Shown piece after piece: positions 9,355-19,180 of a stretch of 64,000 bases of DNA. Positions within the stretch are counted from its first letter, which is position 1. The number at the start of each line of letters is the position of its first letter. A program made the translations under genes and the position numbers. The stretch lies in sequence record KJ019146.1, one strand, 5' to 3'. The notes below the pieces were generated by a model, which saw only the letters and a list, made by a program, of their open reading frames with translations, was not told the origin of the DNA and made no database searches.

Positions 9355-10704
9355 ATGTCTAAGAGACCAGCAATATATAGAAAAGTCTCAGTAGTTACTA
9401 AAGATGGTTTTAGGGCAGATATTCGTCTTGCTTGCGTGTCAATTGACTTCTTTCAGGATATAATGTCACCTGCACTAACGGCAAAGATTATTATTGCCAA
9501 TACTATGACTAATATTGAGGATGATCAGGGTGCCACCGTATCTCTCTATGAAGGATTGAAGTTGCGCGGTGGTGAGGCAGTTGAGATTGAAATAGAAGCA
9601 AATAGTGAAGATAACTTACCTATTGAATTTAATAATCCTGCGTTGTATGTCAGTGGTGTATCTGAAATGAGTAGGAAGTCACTCAAACAGTTCTTCACTA
9701 TCAACTTATACACCAAGGAGGCATATGATAATGAGACTAAGTTCCTAGAGAAAGCATATCCAAAAGAATCTAGAGTGAGTGATCATGTTAGTACTATAGT
9801 TTCTGAGTCTTTTCCTACAACTACTCTCAATAAGGTAGATACTACCTCAAATACTTATGGTTTTTTGGGTAATCAACTCAAGCCATTCTATGCTCTTATC
9901 AGGTTAGCAAGTAAAGCAGTTCCTGAAGGTGCTGGTAGTGGTGGAAATAGTGCGACAGCTGGTTTCTTCTTCTACCAATCTATGAGTGGATTTAACTTTA
10001 GATCCATTGATAAAATGATGGGGGAAGAACCAAAGGCACAATATACTTACACTGAAGTTAGTTCATCTGAAGAGACTGGAGATTTTGAAGCTACCCCAGA
10101 ACTACCTTCTAATAGGTTTAAGATTGAGAAGTTTCACGTCACTAAAAACCAGAACCTCTTGAAGAACCTTAGTCAAGGTGTATACGCCTCTGCTAAGAAG
10201 TTCTTTAACCCTGTAGATTTTACAGTCACCCCACCACAAGAGTTCTTCAGTGGTGATAAGTACATCAGGGGTGTTAGTAACTTGGGTCAGGCTTTTGATC
10301 CACAAGACATCAGCTTAGTGGGTGATTCTTTGAGTTTCACTAATGTACCATCTAGGATTCTTAATGAGGTATATGATATTGGAACTGTTGAGAAAGAAGT
10401 GAATCAGGAACCCACACAAAACCCTGATGAGTTTCTAGCACAGAGAAAGATGAGGTATAATACATTATTCACTCAAGATGTTTATATTCAAGTTAGTGTT
10501 AATACTAATCTTGAGGCTGGTGATCTTGTTAAATGTCTATTCCCTAAAACTCAAGAGTGTCCTACTGATGATATAGATCAGGATCAGTTAAGTGGTCTAT
10601 ATATGATTAAGGAAATTAGACATCACTTTGATACTAGGGGTTCTTATTCATCTATGAGACTACTTCGTGACACCTTTGGTTTATATGGAGTGAATAACAA
10701 ATGA
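9355..10704 (+). CDS. baseplate hub/tail protein (gp27/GpD-like)
   Basis: FFFYQS..GFNFRSIDK, LEAGDLV, LSGLYMIKEIRHHF; immediately upstream of gp5-like gene. Confidence 0.55.
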   Translation: MSKRPAIYRKVSVVTKDGFRADIRLACVSIDFFQDIMSPALTAKIIIANTMTNIEDDQGATVSLYEGLKLRGGEAVEIEIEANSEDNLPIEFNNPALYVSGVSEMSRKSLKQFFTINLYTKEAYDNETKFLEKAYPKESRVSDHVSTIVSESFPTTTLNKVDTTSNTYGFLGNQLKPFYALIRLASKAVPEGAGSGGNSATAGFFFYQSMSGFNFRSIDKMMGEEPKAQYTYTEVSSSEETGDFEATPELPSNRFKIEKFHVTKNQNLLKNLSQGVYASAKKFFNPVDFTVTPPQEFFSGDKYIRGVSNLGQAFDPQDISLVGDSLSFTNVPSRILNEVYDIGTVEKEVNQEPTQNPDEFLAQRKMRYNTLFTQDVYIQVSVNTNLEAGDLVKCLFPKTQECPTDDIDQDQLSGLYMIKEIRHHFDTRGSYSSMRLLRDTFGLYGVNNK

Positions 10705-12758
10705 CAATTAAACTTGGTAGAATCGCTGACATTGAACCACAAAAGGAACAGGTCGATGGTGGTGGATGGGCGTGGAGATATAAAGTACGCATCATGGACA
10801 AACACTCACAGGATAAGAATGTTCTTCCTGATGAGGATCTACCGTGGGCACAGGTTATTATGCCTGTCACGGCAGGTTCTGGTGCTGCTAACTATGCAGT
10901 ATCGCCTATGATTAACCAGGGTGACACTGTAAGAATTGAGTATTATGATCTAGACGAACAACAACCAGTTATTACAGGTATCCTCCCTAGAACTAAAAAG
11001 GTTTCTACAGGTCCAGTGGGTGAGAATAACGGATATCTACCACACACTGGTTATACAGAGAGGAGAGAGCCAAACTCCAAACAGGTAAAGGATGAGTCAC
11101 ATGAATCTAATAAGGAGAGTCAAGTATCCACAAGGTCAGATAGGTTCTCCAGTGTTTTTGGTGATACAACAGTTCTAGCAGATAGTTGTGATCCTAATGC
11201 TTATAAGATTAACGCAGTAACTTCTGCTATCACTAATCTATTCAACCAGATTAATAACTTTGCTAATCAAGCGTCATACATTGAGACTATCACACAAGCA
11301 ACTATTGATAGAATTCATGCCATTGTAAATCCATATGTGGGACAAATCTTCAATGGATTGTTTGAGGGATTGGTTCCTATTCTCAACCAGGGTTTGGCTG
11401 CATTATACAAGAAAATATTCGCTCAAGTATTGGCTGCCACTAATGGTAATGTAATTGCTGCCACTGCTGCCGCAGAAGCAGCACTCATCGCACTTATGCC
11501 AGCTATTATGGCACTACAGGAAGCCATTCAGATGTTGGCATCTCTAACAGTTGAGCAAATGTTAGACGAGATTGATTCCCTAGTTAGGGATGCAGTTGAT
11601 AATAATGATGACTTCTCCCGTTGTGCGGCAGAAGACTTCGCTTCTGCTATGATCAACGATATTGTTGATAAGACTGATAATGGTATGCAACCACTACTAA
11701 ACGCAGTCACTATTATTCTAGCACTCGCAAGTGTTGGTAGTGGATTCACCGCTGGTACTGCTATTCGTAGTACTTTGGATGTCCTAAAAGATCTCACATC
11801 TGCTCTACTTGCACCAGGTCAAAGTGGTGGTGGTAATTGTGGTGGAATCACAAAGGAATATGCATTTGGTATAGGTCCTGTGAAGGATGTGGGTGATGTT
11901 ATGGATGCTCTTCTAGAGTCAGCAAACACAGCAAAGTCACTAGTAGATGAGGCAAAGAAAACACAACAGGAAGTTGATAGTCTCCTAGACACATTTGGTG
12001 ACTTCCCATTTATGAGTTCCACTACAAATATTATATCTAATCTAGACAAGTGTTCCACACTAGAACCTACTACTTGTTTTGGTCCTGAAGTTGTATTATT
12101 TGGTGGTAGAGGTGATGGTGCTAAAGCTCGTGCTATTATTGGTAACACGAAATCAAGAACAGATGATAGGATTGCTGGTAATGCGCAGGGTGGCATTGTT
12201 GCTATTGAAGTTCTGGATGGTGGTTCAGGTTATGAGTACCCACCATATGTGGATATCAGAGACAATTGTGGTCTAGGTATTGGTGGTGTTGGTAGAGCAG
12301 TCCTAAAGGGTGATAAGGTAGATAAAATCTATATGGTGAATATTGGTGAAGACTATCCTGGAGATGCACCTGGGGACTTTATTGTTGATACTATTATCAT
12401 CGTTGATGGTGGCATAGGATATGAACCAGGTATTACTCCTGGAGGTGAATATGAAGTTATTACTGACCCAGATGGAACAGTAATTGATATTATTCCTACC
12501 AACCCAGTACCAATTCCTGGTCCTCCAACTATAAATATACCAGATGTATCTCCACCTATTCCACCAGGAGGTAATATCATTGATGGTAATGTTGTAGATG
12601 AGAATGGTAAAGTAATAGCACCCGCTAAGATTGGTACTGGTTTAGTATTCTATCCAGTTATCAAACAGATACCCCCACTTAAGGACCTCCTTGAGGGTAA
12701 TGTTCCTGGATTTACACCGGAAGAAGTTGTATTCATTATTGATTGTATTCAGAGTTAG
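10701..12758 (+). CDS. gp5: gp5-like baseplate hub/spike protein, N-terminal OB-fold, no lysozyme domain seen
   Basis: RYKVRIM..H, LPDEDLPWAQV, QQPVITGIL; later GGSGY-type virion repeats. Confidence 0.7.
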   Translation: MTIKLGRIADIEPQKEQVDGGGWAWRYKVRIMDKHSQDKNVLPDEDLPWAQVIMPVTAGSGAANYAVSPMINQGDTVRIEYYDLDEQQPVITGILPRTKKVSTGPVGENNGYLPHTGYTERREPNSKQVKDESHESNKESQVSTRSDRFSSVFGDTTVLADSCDPNAYKINAVTSAITNLFNQINNFANQASYIETITQATIDRIHAIVNPYVGQIFNGLFEGLVPILNQGLAALYKKIFAQVLAATNGNVIAATAAAEAALIALMPAIMALQEAIQMLASLTVEQMLDEIDSLVRDAVDNNDDFSRCAAEDFASAMINDIVDKTDNGMQPLLNAVTIILALASVGSGFTAGTAIRSTLDVLKDLTSALLAPGQSGGGNCGGITKEYAFGIGPVKDVGDVMDALLESANTAKSLVDEAKKTQQEVDSLLDTFGDFPFMSSTTNIISNLDKCSTLEPTTCFGPEVVLFGGRGDGAKARAIIGNTKSRTDDRIAGNAQGGIVAIEVLDGGSGYEYPPYVDIRDNCGLGIGGVGRAVLKGDKVDKIYMVNIGEDYPGDAPGDFIVDTIIIVDGGIGYEPGITPGGEYEVITDPDGTVIDIIPTNPVPIPGPPTINIPDVSPPIPPGGNIIDGNVVDENGKVIAPAKIGTGLVFYPVIKQIPPLKDLLEGNVPGFTPEEVVFIIDCIQS

Positions 12759-13462
12759 ACATGGCAGAACAAAATTGGGAAAGAAGAATACTCCAGAGTT
12801 TTGGTGCTAACTTTCGACTAGATGTTAGTAACCCACAGAAGACTGTTGGTGGTGAAGATGTATATAACTTCTACTCTGTTACAGATGAGGAGAAAGTATG
12901 TCTAATGGGACAACAACAGGATGGTCTCTGGCGCCTCTACAATGATGATAAGGTAGAGATTGTAGGTGGTGCCAAAGTTGTTGAGGATGGTGTATGTGTA
13001 ACTATTGTTGGTAAGAACGGTGATGTAGTTATTAACGCTGACAACAATGGGAGGGTTAGAATCCGTGGGCAGAATATCAACCTCCAGGCAGATGAGGATG
13101 TTAATATCACTGCGGGTAGGAATGTTAATATCAAATCTGGTTCTGGTAGAACTCTCCTTGCGGGCAATACCCTGGAGAAAGACGCACTCAAAGGTAATCT
13201 ATTAGACCCAGAGAAACAATGGGCATGGAGAGTATTTGAAGGAACTGGACTACCTGCTGGTATGTTCCCACAACTCATGTCACCCTTCAGTGGTATTACA
13301 GACCTAGCGGGATCTATTGTTGGTGGAGTTGGGTTCGGTGATGCAATCAGTGGGGCTGTGAGTAGTGCAGTCAGTGGGGCAGTCAGTGGTGCTGTTGGTG
13401 GTGTCGCCGGTGGTGTCGCCGGTGATATTGCTGGTGACGCAATTGGTGGTATTATACCCTGA
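12743..13462 (+). CDS. gp5 C-terminal beta-helix-like spike protein
   Basis: Repeating beta-strand pattern VVINADNNGRVRIRGQNINLQADEDVNITAGRNVNIKSG; Gly/Ala tail. Confidence 0.55.
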   Translation: MYSELDMAEQNWERRILQSFGANFRLDVSNPQKTVGGEDVYNFYSVTDEEKVCLMGQQQDGLWRLYNDDKVEIVGGAKVVEDGVCVTIVGKNGDVVINADNNGRVRIRGQNINLQADEDVNITAGRNVNIKSGSGRTLLAGNTLEKDALKGNLLDPEKQWAWRVFEGTGLPAGMFPQLMSPFSGITDLAGSIVGGVGFGDAISGAVSSAVSGAVSGAVGGVAGGVAGDIAGDAIGGIIP

Positions 13463-13500
13463 TAAATATAAGAAGCACCTATAACTAGCACCTATTAGTA

Positions 13501-16290
13501 ATGGCAAGCATTCAATTCCCAGCAAATCCGAAAGTTGGTGATACTTACTACGATGTAGATACAAATATAACTTACACCTGGGAGGGTGAATACTGGTTTG
13601 CAACAGGACCAGGCACAGGTATTGGTGCCACTGGAGCAACTGGAGCACAAGGAAATCAAGGTTCTAGTGGTGAAAAGGGTGAGCCAGGAACTCGCGGAAT
13701 TAAAGGAGATACTGGATCTACTGGTTCTACCGGTCCCACAGGTCCTGGTGGTTTTATTGGATTAACAGGTGCAACTGGTCCTCAAGGTTCTCCCGGTGGT
13801 GCTACCGGTGCTACAGGTAATATTGGTCCTTTAGGAACTACTGGTGCAACTGGTCCTGATGGTGCTAGTGGTGCTACAGGTATTCAGGGTCCTATTGGTA
13901 CTCCAGGTGGTGCAACTGGCGCTACTGGTTTAGCTGGTCCTCCAGGAAATGTTGGTGCTACTGGTCCTCTCGGTCCTAATGGTACTCCAGGTGGTGCTAC
14001 TGGTCCTCTTGGTCCTGTTGGTTCTACTGGAGCCACTGGTGCTGGTGCTACTGGCTCTGATGGTGCTACTGGTTCTACAGGTATTCAGGGACTACAAGGT
14101 TCCCCAGGTGGTGCAACTGGTGCTACTGGTATTGATGGTTTACTAGGTCCTATTGGTGCCACAGGTACTACAGGAGCTACCGGTGTTGATGGTCCTATTG
14201 GTGCCACAGGTACTACAGGAGCCACAGGTGAGACAGGTGATACAGGTTCAACCGGTGCTGCTGGTCCTACGGGTATTCCTGGAGCCACTGGTTTCACAGG
14301 TCCTGAAGGTGCTACGGGTTCCAAAGGTGATGAAGGTTCTACAGGTAGTACAGGTCCTCAAGGTTCTCCAGGTGGTGCCACTGGTGCTACTGGTGTTGAT
14401 GGTCCTGTAGGTTCTACAGGTGCCACAGCTGCTACTGGTGCCACTGGTCCTGACGGTCCTACCGGTCCCGCAGGTCCTACAGGTTTATTAGGTGCCACTG
14501 GTGCTACTGGTGATGATGGTTCTACCGGAGCCACTGGTGCTACTGGTTTTGGTGCTACAGGTGCTGATGGTGCTACTGGTTCTACAGGTTCTACAGGTCC
14601 TGATGGTCCTCTTGGTTCTACTGGTGCCACTGGTATTGCAGGTGGTGTGAGTCATGTATGGTCACCAGATGTTTCTATCCTAACTGCCAACAACTCTTTC
14701 CTATTCACCCACGATGTAGACGAAGATATTAAGATCCTAAAGATCTCCAAGTTTAGTTCAACATTCACCAATGAGGAGGCACTACTTAATAGTTTTGCAA
14801 TCGGTGATTCACTTAGACTAACATCAGGTCCAGCAACATTCCAATATACTGTTAGAGCCAATGGTGGACTCACAGTATCATCTGGTGTTGACGTGTTTAT
14901 GTTACTCGTCAGTGATGGTTTCTTAGCATCTGGTAGTGGAACACTCAATGGTTCAACAGTTGTTCTTCAACGTCCCACATCATCCACCTTCGCTACATTT
15001 AACTTCGGTGTATCCACTATCAACTGGCCTACTACTGATGGTGATGTAACTATTGACTATCCATTCCTAGTAAACAATGGTCCTAGGTATGTTGCATTCA
15101 ATCAGAAGGATCTACTAGGTAGGGATGATGAGCAGTTCTTCTTTGAACCTTTAGTATCTACAGACCTAAACTCATTCCAGTTCCAGGTTAAGACTACTAA
15201 CTTCTTCAAATCAGAAATTGAAGGTGGTTACTACTATAGTGATATTGATGCCTATGTGTATCTAACTGATATCACCGAACTATATTCAGATCCAAGTAAT
15301 CCAGTAACCAGTGTGGGTTCACCTTGGAATGTTCAGGTTGTAGGTATTGCCTCCGCCATTCCTGGTGTTGCTGGTTCTCCAGGTGGTGCAACCGGTGCTA
15401 CTGGTCCTGCAGGTCCTCCAAGTGGTGCAACTGGTGCTACAGGTGATCTTGGTCCTATTGGTCCCGGTGGTCCTACTGGTCCCGTTGGTGTTAACGGATC
15501 CCCAGGTTCACCCGGTGGTGCAACTGGTGCCACTGGCGCTGATGGTGCTAGTGGTGCTACAGGTTCTACAGGTGCCACAGGTGCATTCGTCACTGGTAGT
15601 AATCTTGTAGCTGGTATTATCACAGCCACCACATTCGATGGTGATGCTACATCATCTGATAAGATTAAGACTAATCGGTCCAGCAGTGCGGCTGTTAACT
15701 ATCTAACTTTCGTTTCTGATGATAACACTGGTGGTGCCGTTAGTGAAACTCTCAAGACAAACTTGAATGTAAGTTTCATTCCTTCTTCTGGTGATTTTAT
15801 CGCTAGTAGGATTACAGCAAGTAACAACTTCTACCTGGGTGGTACTGAGGTCAATTCTTCAGCATCTGAACTAAATGTGTTGGTTGGTGTTACTGACTTC
15901 TTAGATGAAGATAATATGGCATCCGATAGTCCTACGGCTATCCCATCACAACAATCAGTTAAGAGGTATGTTGACGCTAACGCTTTCTCTGGTATTACTA
16001 CAGTTAGTACTCTAGTGGGCGCTGGTTCTAGTGATGTATACTTCGCAAGTTCTATTGTTCCAACTACTAATGAGTCCATTGACTTGGGTAGTATTGACTA
16101 TAAGTTCAGAGACCTCTACCTATCAGACACAACCATATATACTAACACTGGTGAACTTAGTGTAGGTTTGAATACCACAGCACCAACCGCAAAGGTTGTT
16201 CTTGGTCCAGCACTACAAACAATTGTTCAACAGTCCACTGATTTTGATGACTTTAAGATCAGAATCGCAGCACAAAGTTGGGGTGGTTAA
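13501..16290 (+). CDS. collagen-like tail fibre/whisker protein
   Basis: Two long G-X-Y tracts dominated by GAT/GST/GPT; N-terminal FPANP..GDTY..TYTW; C-terminal [13 protein letters not shown]; TAAATA at 13463-13468. Confidence 0.8.
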   Translation: MASIQFPANPKVGDTYYDVDTNITYTWEGEYWFATGPGTGIGATGATGAQGNQGSSGEKGEPGTRGIKGDTGSTGSTGPTGPGGFIGLTGATGPQGSPGGATGATGNIGPLGTTGATGPDGASGATGIQGPIGTPGGATGATGLAGPPGNVGATGPLGPNGTPGGATGPLGPVGSTGATGAGATGSDGATGSTGIQGLQGSPGGATGATGIDGLLGPIGATGTTGATGVDGPIGATGTTGATGETGDTGSTGAAGPTGIPGATGFTGPEGATGSKGDEGSTGSTGPQGSPGGATGATGVDGPVGSTGATAATGATGPDGPTGPAGPTGLLGATGATGDDGSTGATGATGFGATGADGATGSTGSTGPDGPLGSTGATGIAGGVSHVWSPDVSILTANNSFLFTHDVDEDIKILKISKFSSTFTNEEALLNSFAIGDSLRLTSGPATFQYTVRANGGLTVSSGVDVFMLLVSDGFLASGSGTLNGSTVVLQRPTSSTFATFNFGVSTINWPTTDGDVTIDYPFLVNNGPRYVAFNQKDLLGRDDEQFFFEPLVSTDLNSFQFQVKTTNFFKSEIEGGYYYSDIDAYVYLTDITELYSDPSNPVTSVGSPWNVQVVGIASAIPGVAGSPGGATGATGPAGPPSGATGATGDLGPIGPGGPTGPVGVNGSPGSPGGATGATGADGASGATGSTGATGAFVTGSNLVAGIITATTFDGDATSSDKIKTNRSSSAAVNYLTFVSDDNTGGAVSETLKTNLNVSFIPSSGDFIASRITASNNFYLGGTEVNSSASELNVLVGVTDFLDEDNMASDSPTAIPSQQSVKRYVDANAFSGITTVSTLVGAGSSDVYFASSIVPTTNESIDLGSIDYKFRDLYLSDTTIYTNTGELSVGLNTTAPTAKVVLGPALQTIVQQSTDFDDFKIRIAAQSWGG

Positions 16291-16293
16291 TTA

Positions 16294-16716
16294 ATGGGTT
16301 ATCGTAATGAGAAAGCTCCCCACACTGGGAGCTTATTGGTAGGAACTGGAGGTAAAGTTACATTTACCGGTAGATCCTCTGGTGATATGAATAAGATTGC
16401 CACTTGGGGTGAAGAAGGGGGGCAGATAGAATCTACCAACTTTTCTGATCTTCTGGCACTATACGAGGAGTCTTTCGCGGTATCTATTGTCAGTGAAGAT
16501 GAACCTTCGCTAAGACCTTTGGGTGAAGACCTAAAACTAGGAGATCTGTGGTATAGTACGTCAGAACGGAGACAGTATGTTTTTACAAATGGAATTGATG
16601 ACCTTCCAGTCACCTTTAGAGGCTGGACACCTATTATTTCAGGACTTAGTACGATTGCTAACGGATTTGTTGTATCCAATGGTATCATTGTTGGTGTGGC
16701 AGCAACAACTCCATAA
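16294..16716 (+). CDS. hypothetical virion-associated protein
   Basis: GDLWY motif typical of phage fibre modules; co-oriented after fibre gene. Confidence 0.5.
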   Translation: MGYRNEKAPHTGSLLVGTGGKVTFTGRSSGDMNKIATWGEEGGQIESTNFSDLLALYEESFAVSIVSEDEPSLRPLGEDLKLGDLWYSTSERRQYVFTNGIDDLPVTFRGWTPIISGLSTIANGFVVSNGIIVGVAATTP

Positions 16717-16751
16717 TATGGTATAATGGTGGGTAAGTATCTTATACCCAC

Positions 16752-17315
16752 ATGAGCCACGAGCACGAAGATTACGAATTTGAAAAAGATTATTGGGGTG
16801 ATTGTTGTAATACCTTCGATGAGGATCAGAAACACTATGTGTATGCCCGTCTAATGGGATTAGAACAGGCACACTATAGTTTTCGTTTGCCTGGTATTTC
16901 TGTAATTGATATTGGTGGCGGTCCTTCTTCGATGTTATTGAAGACTGAAGGACTTACTAGAGGTTTGGTTGTAGATCCTATTTCATATCCTCAATGGACT
17001 AAAGATAGGTATTCAGTAAAGAATATTGAAGTCCATGTAGATGTTGGTGAGAATGTAACAGAGACAGGATATGATGAGGTGTGGATATACAATTGTATGC
17101 AACACGCTATTGATCCAGAGAAGATTATTGCTAACGCAAGGGAAGCAGCACCAGTCCTAAGATTGTTTGAGTGGATTGATATTCCAGCACACGATGGTCA
17201 CCCCCACGAACTAACAGAGCAATCACTAAATAAGTGGATTGGTCAAACCGGTAGTGTCACATCTCTAGCAGAGAGTGGTTGCTATGGTAAAGCATATTAT
17301 GGAGTATTTGAGTGA
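16752..17315 (+). CDS. class I SAM-dependent methyltransferase
   Basis: VIDIGGGP motif I; YDEVWIYNCMQH. Confidence 0.75.
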   Translation: MSHEHEDYEFEKDYWGDCCNTFDEDQKHYVYARLMGLEQAHYSFRLPGISVIDIGGGPSSMLLKTEGLTRGLVVDPISYPQWTKDRYSVKNIEVHVDVGENVTETGYDEVWIYNCMQHAIDPEKIIANAREAAPVLRLFEWIDIPAHDGHPHELTEQSLNKWIGQTGSVTSLAESGCYGKAYYGVFE

Positions 17316-18391
17316 GATTTCATCTATTAGGTTTGCCCCATACAGTAACCCACCCAGACTATACTGCTTGTGCATACACCATGAAGGTGTTGAAGTTTGG
17401 TAAGATGATGAAGGCGCGTGGTCATACAATTATTCACTATGGTCACGAAGATAGTAAGTTGGTATGTGATGAGCATGTTTCAGTAACTACCAATGCAGAC
17501 CTAGAGAAAGCATACGGCAGTTATGATTGGAGAAAGAACTTCTTCAAGTTCAATACATCGGACCACGCATATCAGACATTCTACAAGAATGCTATTGAAG
17601 AAGTAGGTAAGCGTAAACAGAAGAATGATTTCATCCTACCTTTCTGGGGTAGTGGTACTCGTCCTGTATGTGATGCTCACCCAGAAATGATTTGTGTGGA
17701 ACCCGGTATTGGTTATGCTGGTGGTCACTGGTCTCAGTGGAAAGTGTTTGAGAGTTACGCTATTCTCCATGCATACTGTAATCTAACATCAGTAGGAACC
17801 TGCAAACAGAGTTGGTATGATGTTGTTATCCCTAATTACTTTGACTTAGATGATTTCACCTACGCCCCAGAAACTAAGGAAGACTATTTTCTATTCTTGG
17901 GGCGCGTATATAGTGGTAAGGGCATTGATATTGCTGTACAGGTTACTGAACACATAGGTGCTAAACTAAAAGTAGCAGGACAGAACCCAGAGAACAGAAC
18001 TTTCCCACCACATGTGGAGTTTGTTGGATACGCTGATATTGAGATGAGGCGGGAGTTGATGTCTAAAGCAAAGGCATCTTTCGTTGCATCACAATACCTA
18101 GAACCTTTCGGTGGTGTTCAGGTGGAGAACTTATTATCAGGAACTCCTACTATCACTACAGACTGGGGTGCTTTCGTTGAGAACAACCCAGACGGACTAA
18201 CTGGTTTCCGTTGTCGTACATTCGGTGACTTTGTTGATGCCGCTAATAACATTGACCAGATATCTCCTGCGGTATGTCGCACTTTCGGTGAGCAGTTTGC
18301 ACTGGAGAATATTGCTCCCAAGTACGAGAAGTATTTCCAGGATGTTCTCAATGTATATACTGGAAAGGGATGGTATGAACTAAATGAATGA
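17312..18391 (+). CDS. GT-B glycosyltransferase (GT4-like)
   Basis: FLGRVYSGKG; EPFGGVQVE (E-x7-E) followed by GTPTITTDWG. Confidence 0.88.
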   Translation: MRFHLLGLPHTVTHPDYTACAYTMKVLKFGKMMKARGHTIIHYGHEDSKLVCDEHVSVTTNADLEKAYGSYDWRKNFFKFNTSDHAYQTFYKNAIEEVGKRKQKNDFILPFWGSGTRPVCDAHPEMICVEPGIGYAGGHWSQWKVFESYAILHAYCNLTSVGTCKQSWYDVVIPNYFDLDDFTYAPETKEDYFLFLGRVYSGKGIDIAVQVTEHIGAKLKVAGQNPENRTFPPHVEFVGYADIEMRRELMSKAKASFVASQYLEPFGGVQVENLLSGTPTITTDWGAFVENNPDGLTGFRCRTFGDFVDAANNIDQISPAVCRTFGEQFALENIAPKYEKYFQDVLNVYTGKGWYELNE

Positions 18392-18977
18392 ACTAATACA
18401 AACGATTGATTGTATTACTCAAACTGAAATCAATACAATCAAAGAATATGTCCAAGATGATTGGTGGCAACCTACTACTATCTTTGGAATGTCTGGTTGT
18501 GAAATTAATACAGATGTTAGATCCAATGATAGAATATCTCTCCATGATGATAGTATTGCCGCTCAGATTATTCATACGGGTATGAATAAGGCACTCCTTG
18601 AGTATAGAACACAACTCTATAATGTTGATCCATACTTCAACAATTACCCAGTTCCAGGATCATATAGGACTAATTGTCATAGGGAAGGTATTCAACTCCT
18701 TAGATATAAAGAAGGACAACACTACAACTGGCATCACGATACTGCAGCAGATCGTGCAGTAAATGAGTATCACAGAACGATCTCTATTGTGTTATACTTA
18801 TCAGATGACTTTGAGGGTGGTAGAACAGTCTTCCCCCACAGAGCATACAAACCAAAAGCAGGTCAGGCACTAATTTTTCCCTCTAACTGGTGTTTCCCAC
18901 ATAAGTGTGAACCAATCACAAAGGGTGTGAAGTTAGCATCTGTTTCCTGGTACTATTCACATTATAACTATGACTGA
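18384..18977 (+). CDS. 2OG-Fe(II) oxygenase (prolyl 4-hydroxylase-like)
   Basis: WHHD (HxD), ISIVLYLSDDFEGG, FPH. Confidence 0.88.
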   Translation: MNELIQTIDCITQTEINTIKEYVQDDWWQPTTIFGMSGCEINTDVRSNDRISLHDDSIAAQIIHTGMNKALLEYRTQLYNVDPYFNNYPVPGSYRTNCHREGIQLLRYKEGQHYNWHHDTAADRAVNEYHRTISIVLYLSDDFEGGRTVFPHRAYKPKAGQALIFPSNWCFPHKCEPITKGVKLASVSWYYSHYNYD

Positions 18978-19146
18978 AAATAAGACTACACCACAAACAG
19001 TAGAAGAAGCAACTCATGCTGCTTTCACTGGAAAGATGAACATGATCAAGTGTGCAGAACACTGTGGGATGACATTTAAACAGTTCAAACTCACTTTCCG
19101 TGAGTATCTAAAGTATCACCCAATAGACGAAAATTATCCTATCTAA
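18970..19146 (+). CDS. small hypothetical protein, HTH-like (58 aa, not in ORF track)
   Basis: Hand translation MTENKTTPQTVEEATHAAFTGKMNMIKCAEHCGMTFKQFKLTFREYLKYHP; ATG overlaps upstream ORF end. Confidence 0.6.
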   Translation: MTENKTTPQTVEEATHAAFTGKMNMIKCAEHCGMTFKQFKLTFREYLKYHPIDENYPI

Positions 19147-19180
19147 ATATATGTAAGCAAGTATATGATGGTACGGAACA

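Noticed and set aside
12937-13648. Minus-strand ORFs of 184 and 114 aa
   Set aside because: Antisense shadows of Gly/Ala-rich + genes; no RBS or promoter
13949-15632. Alternative-frame and antisense ORFs over the collagen gene (LVL- and PVA-rich)
   Set aside because: Shadow frames of G-X-Y codon periodicity
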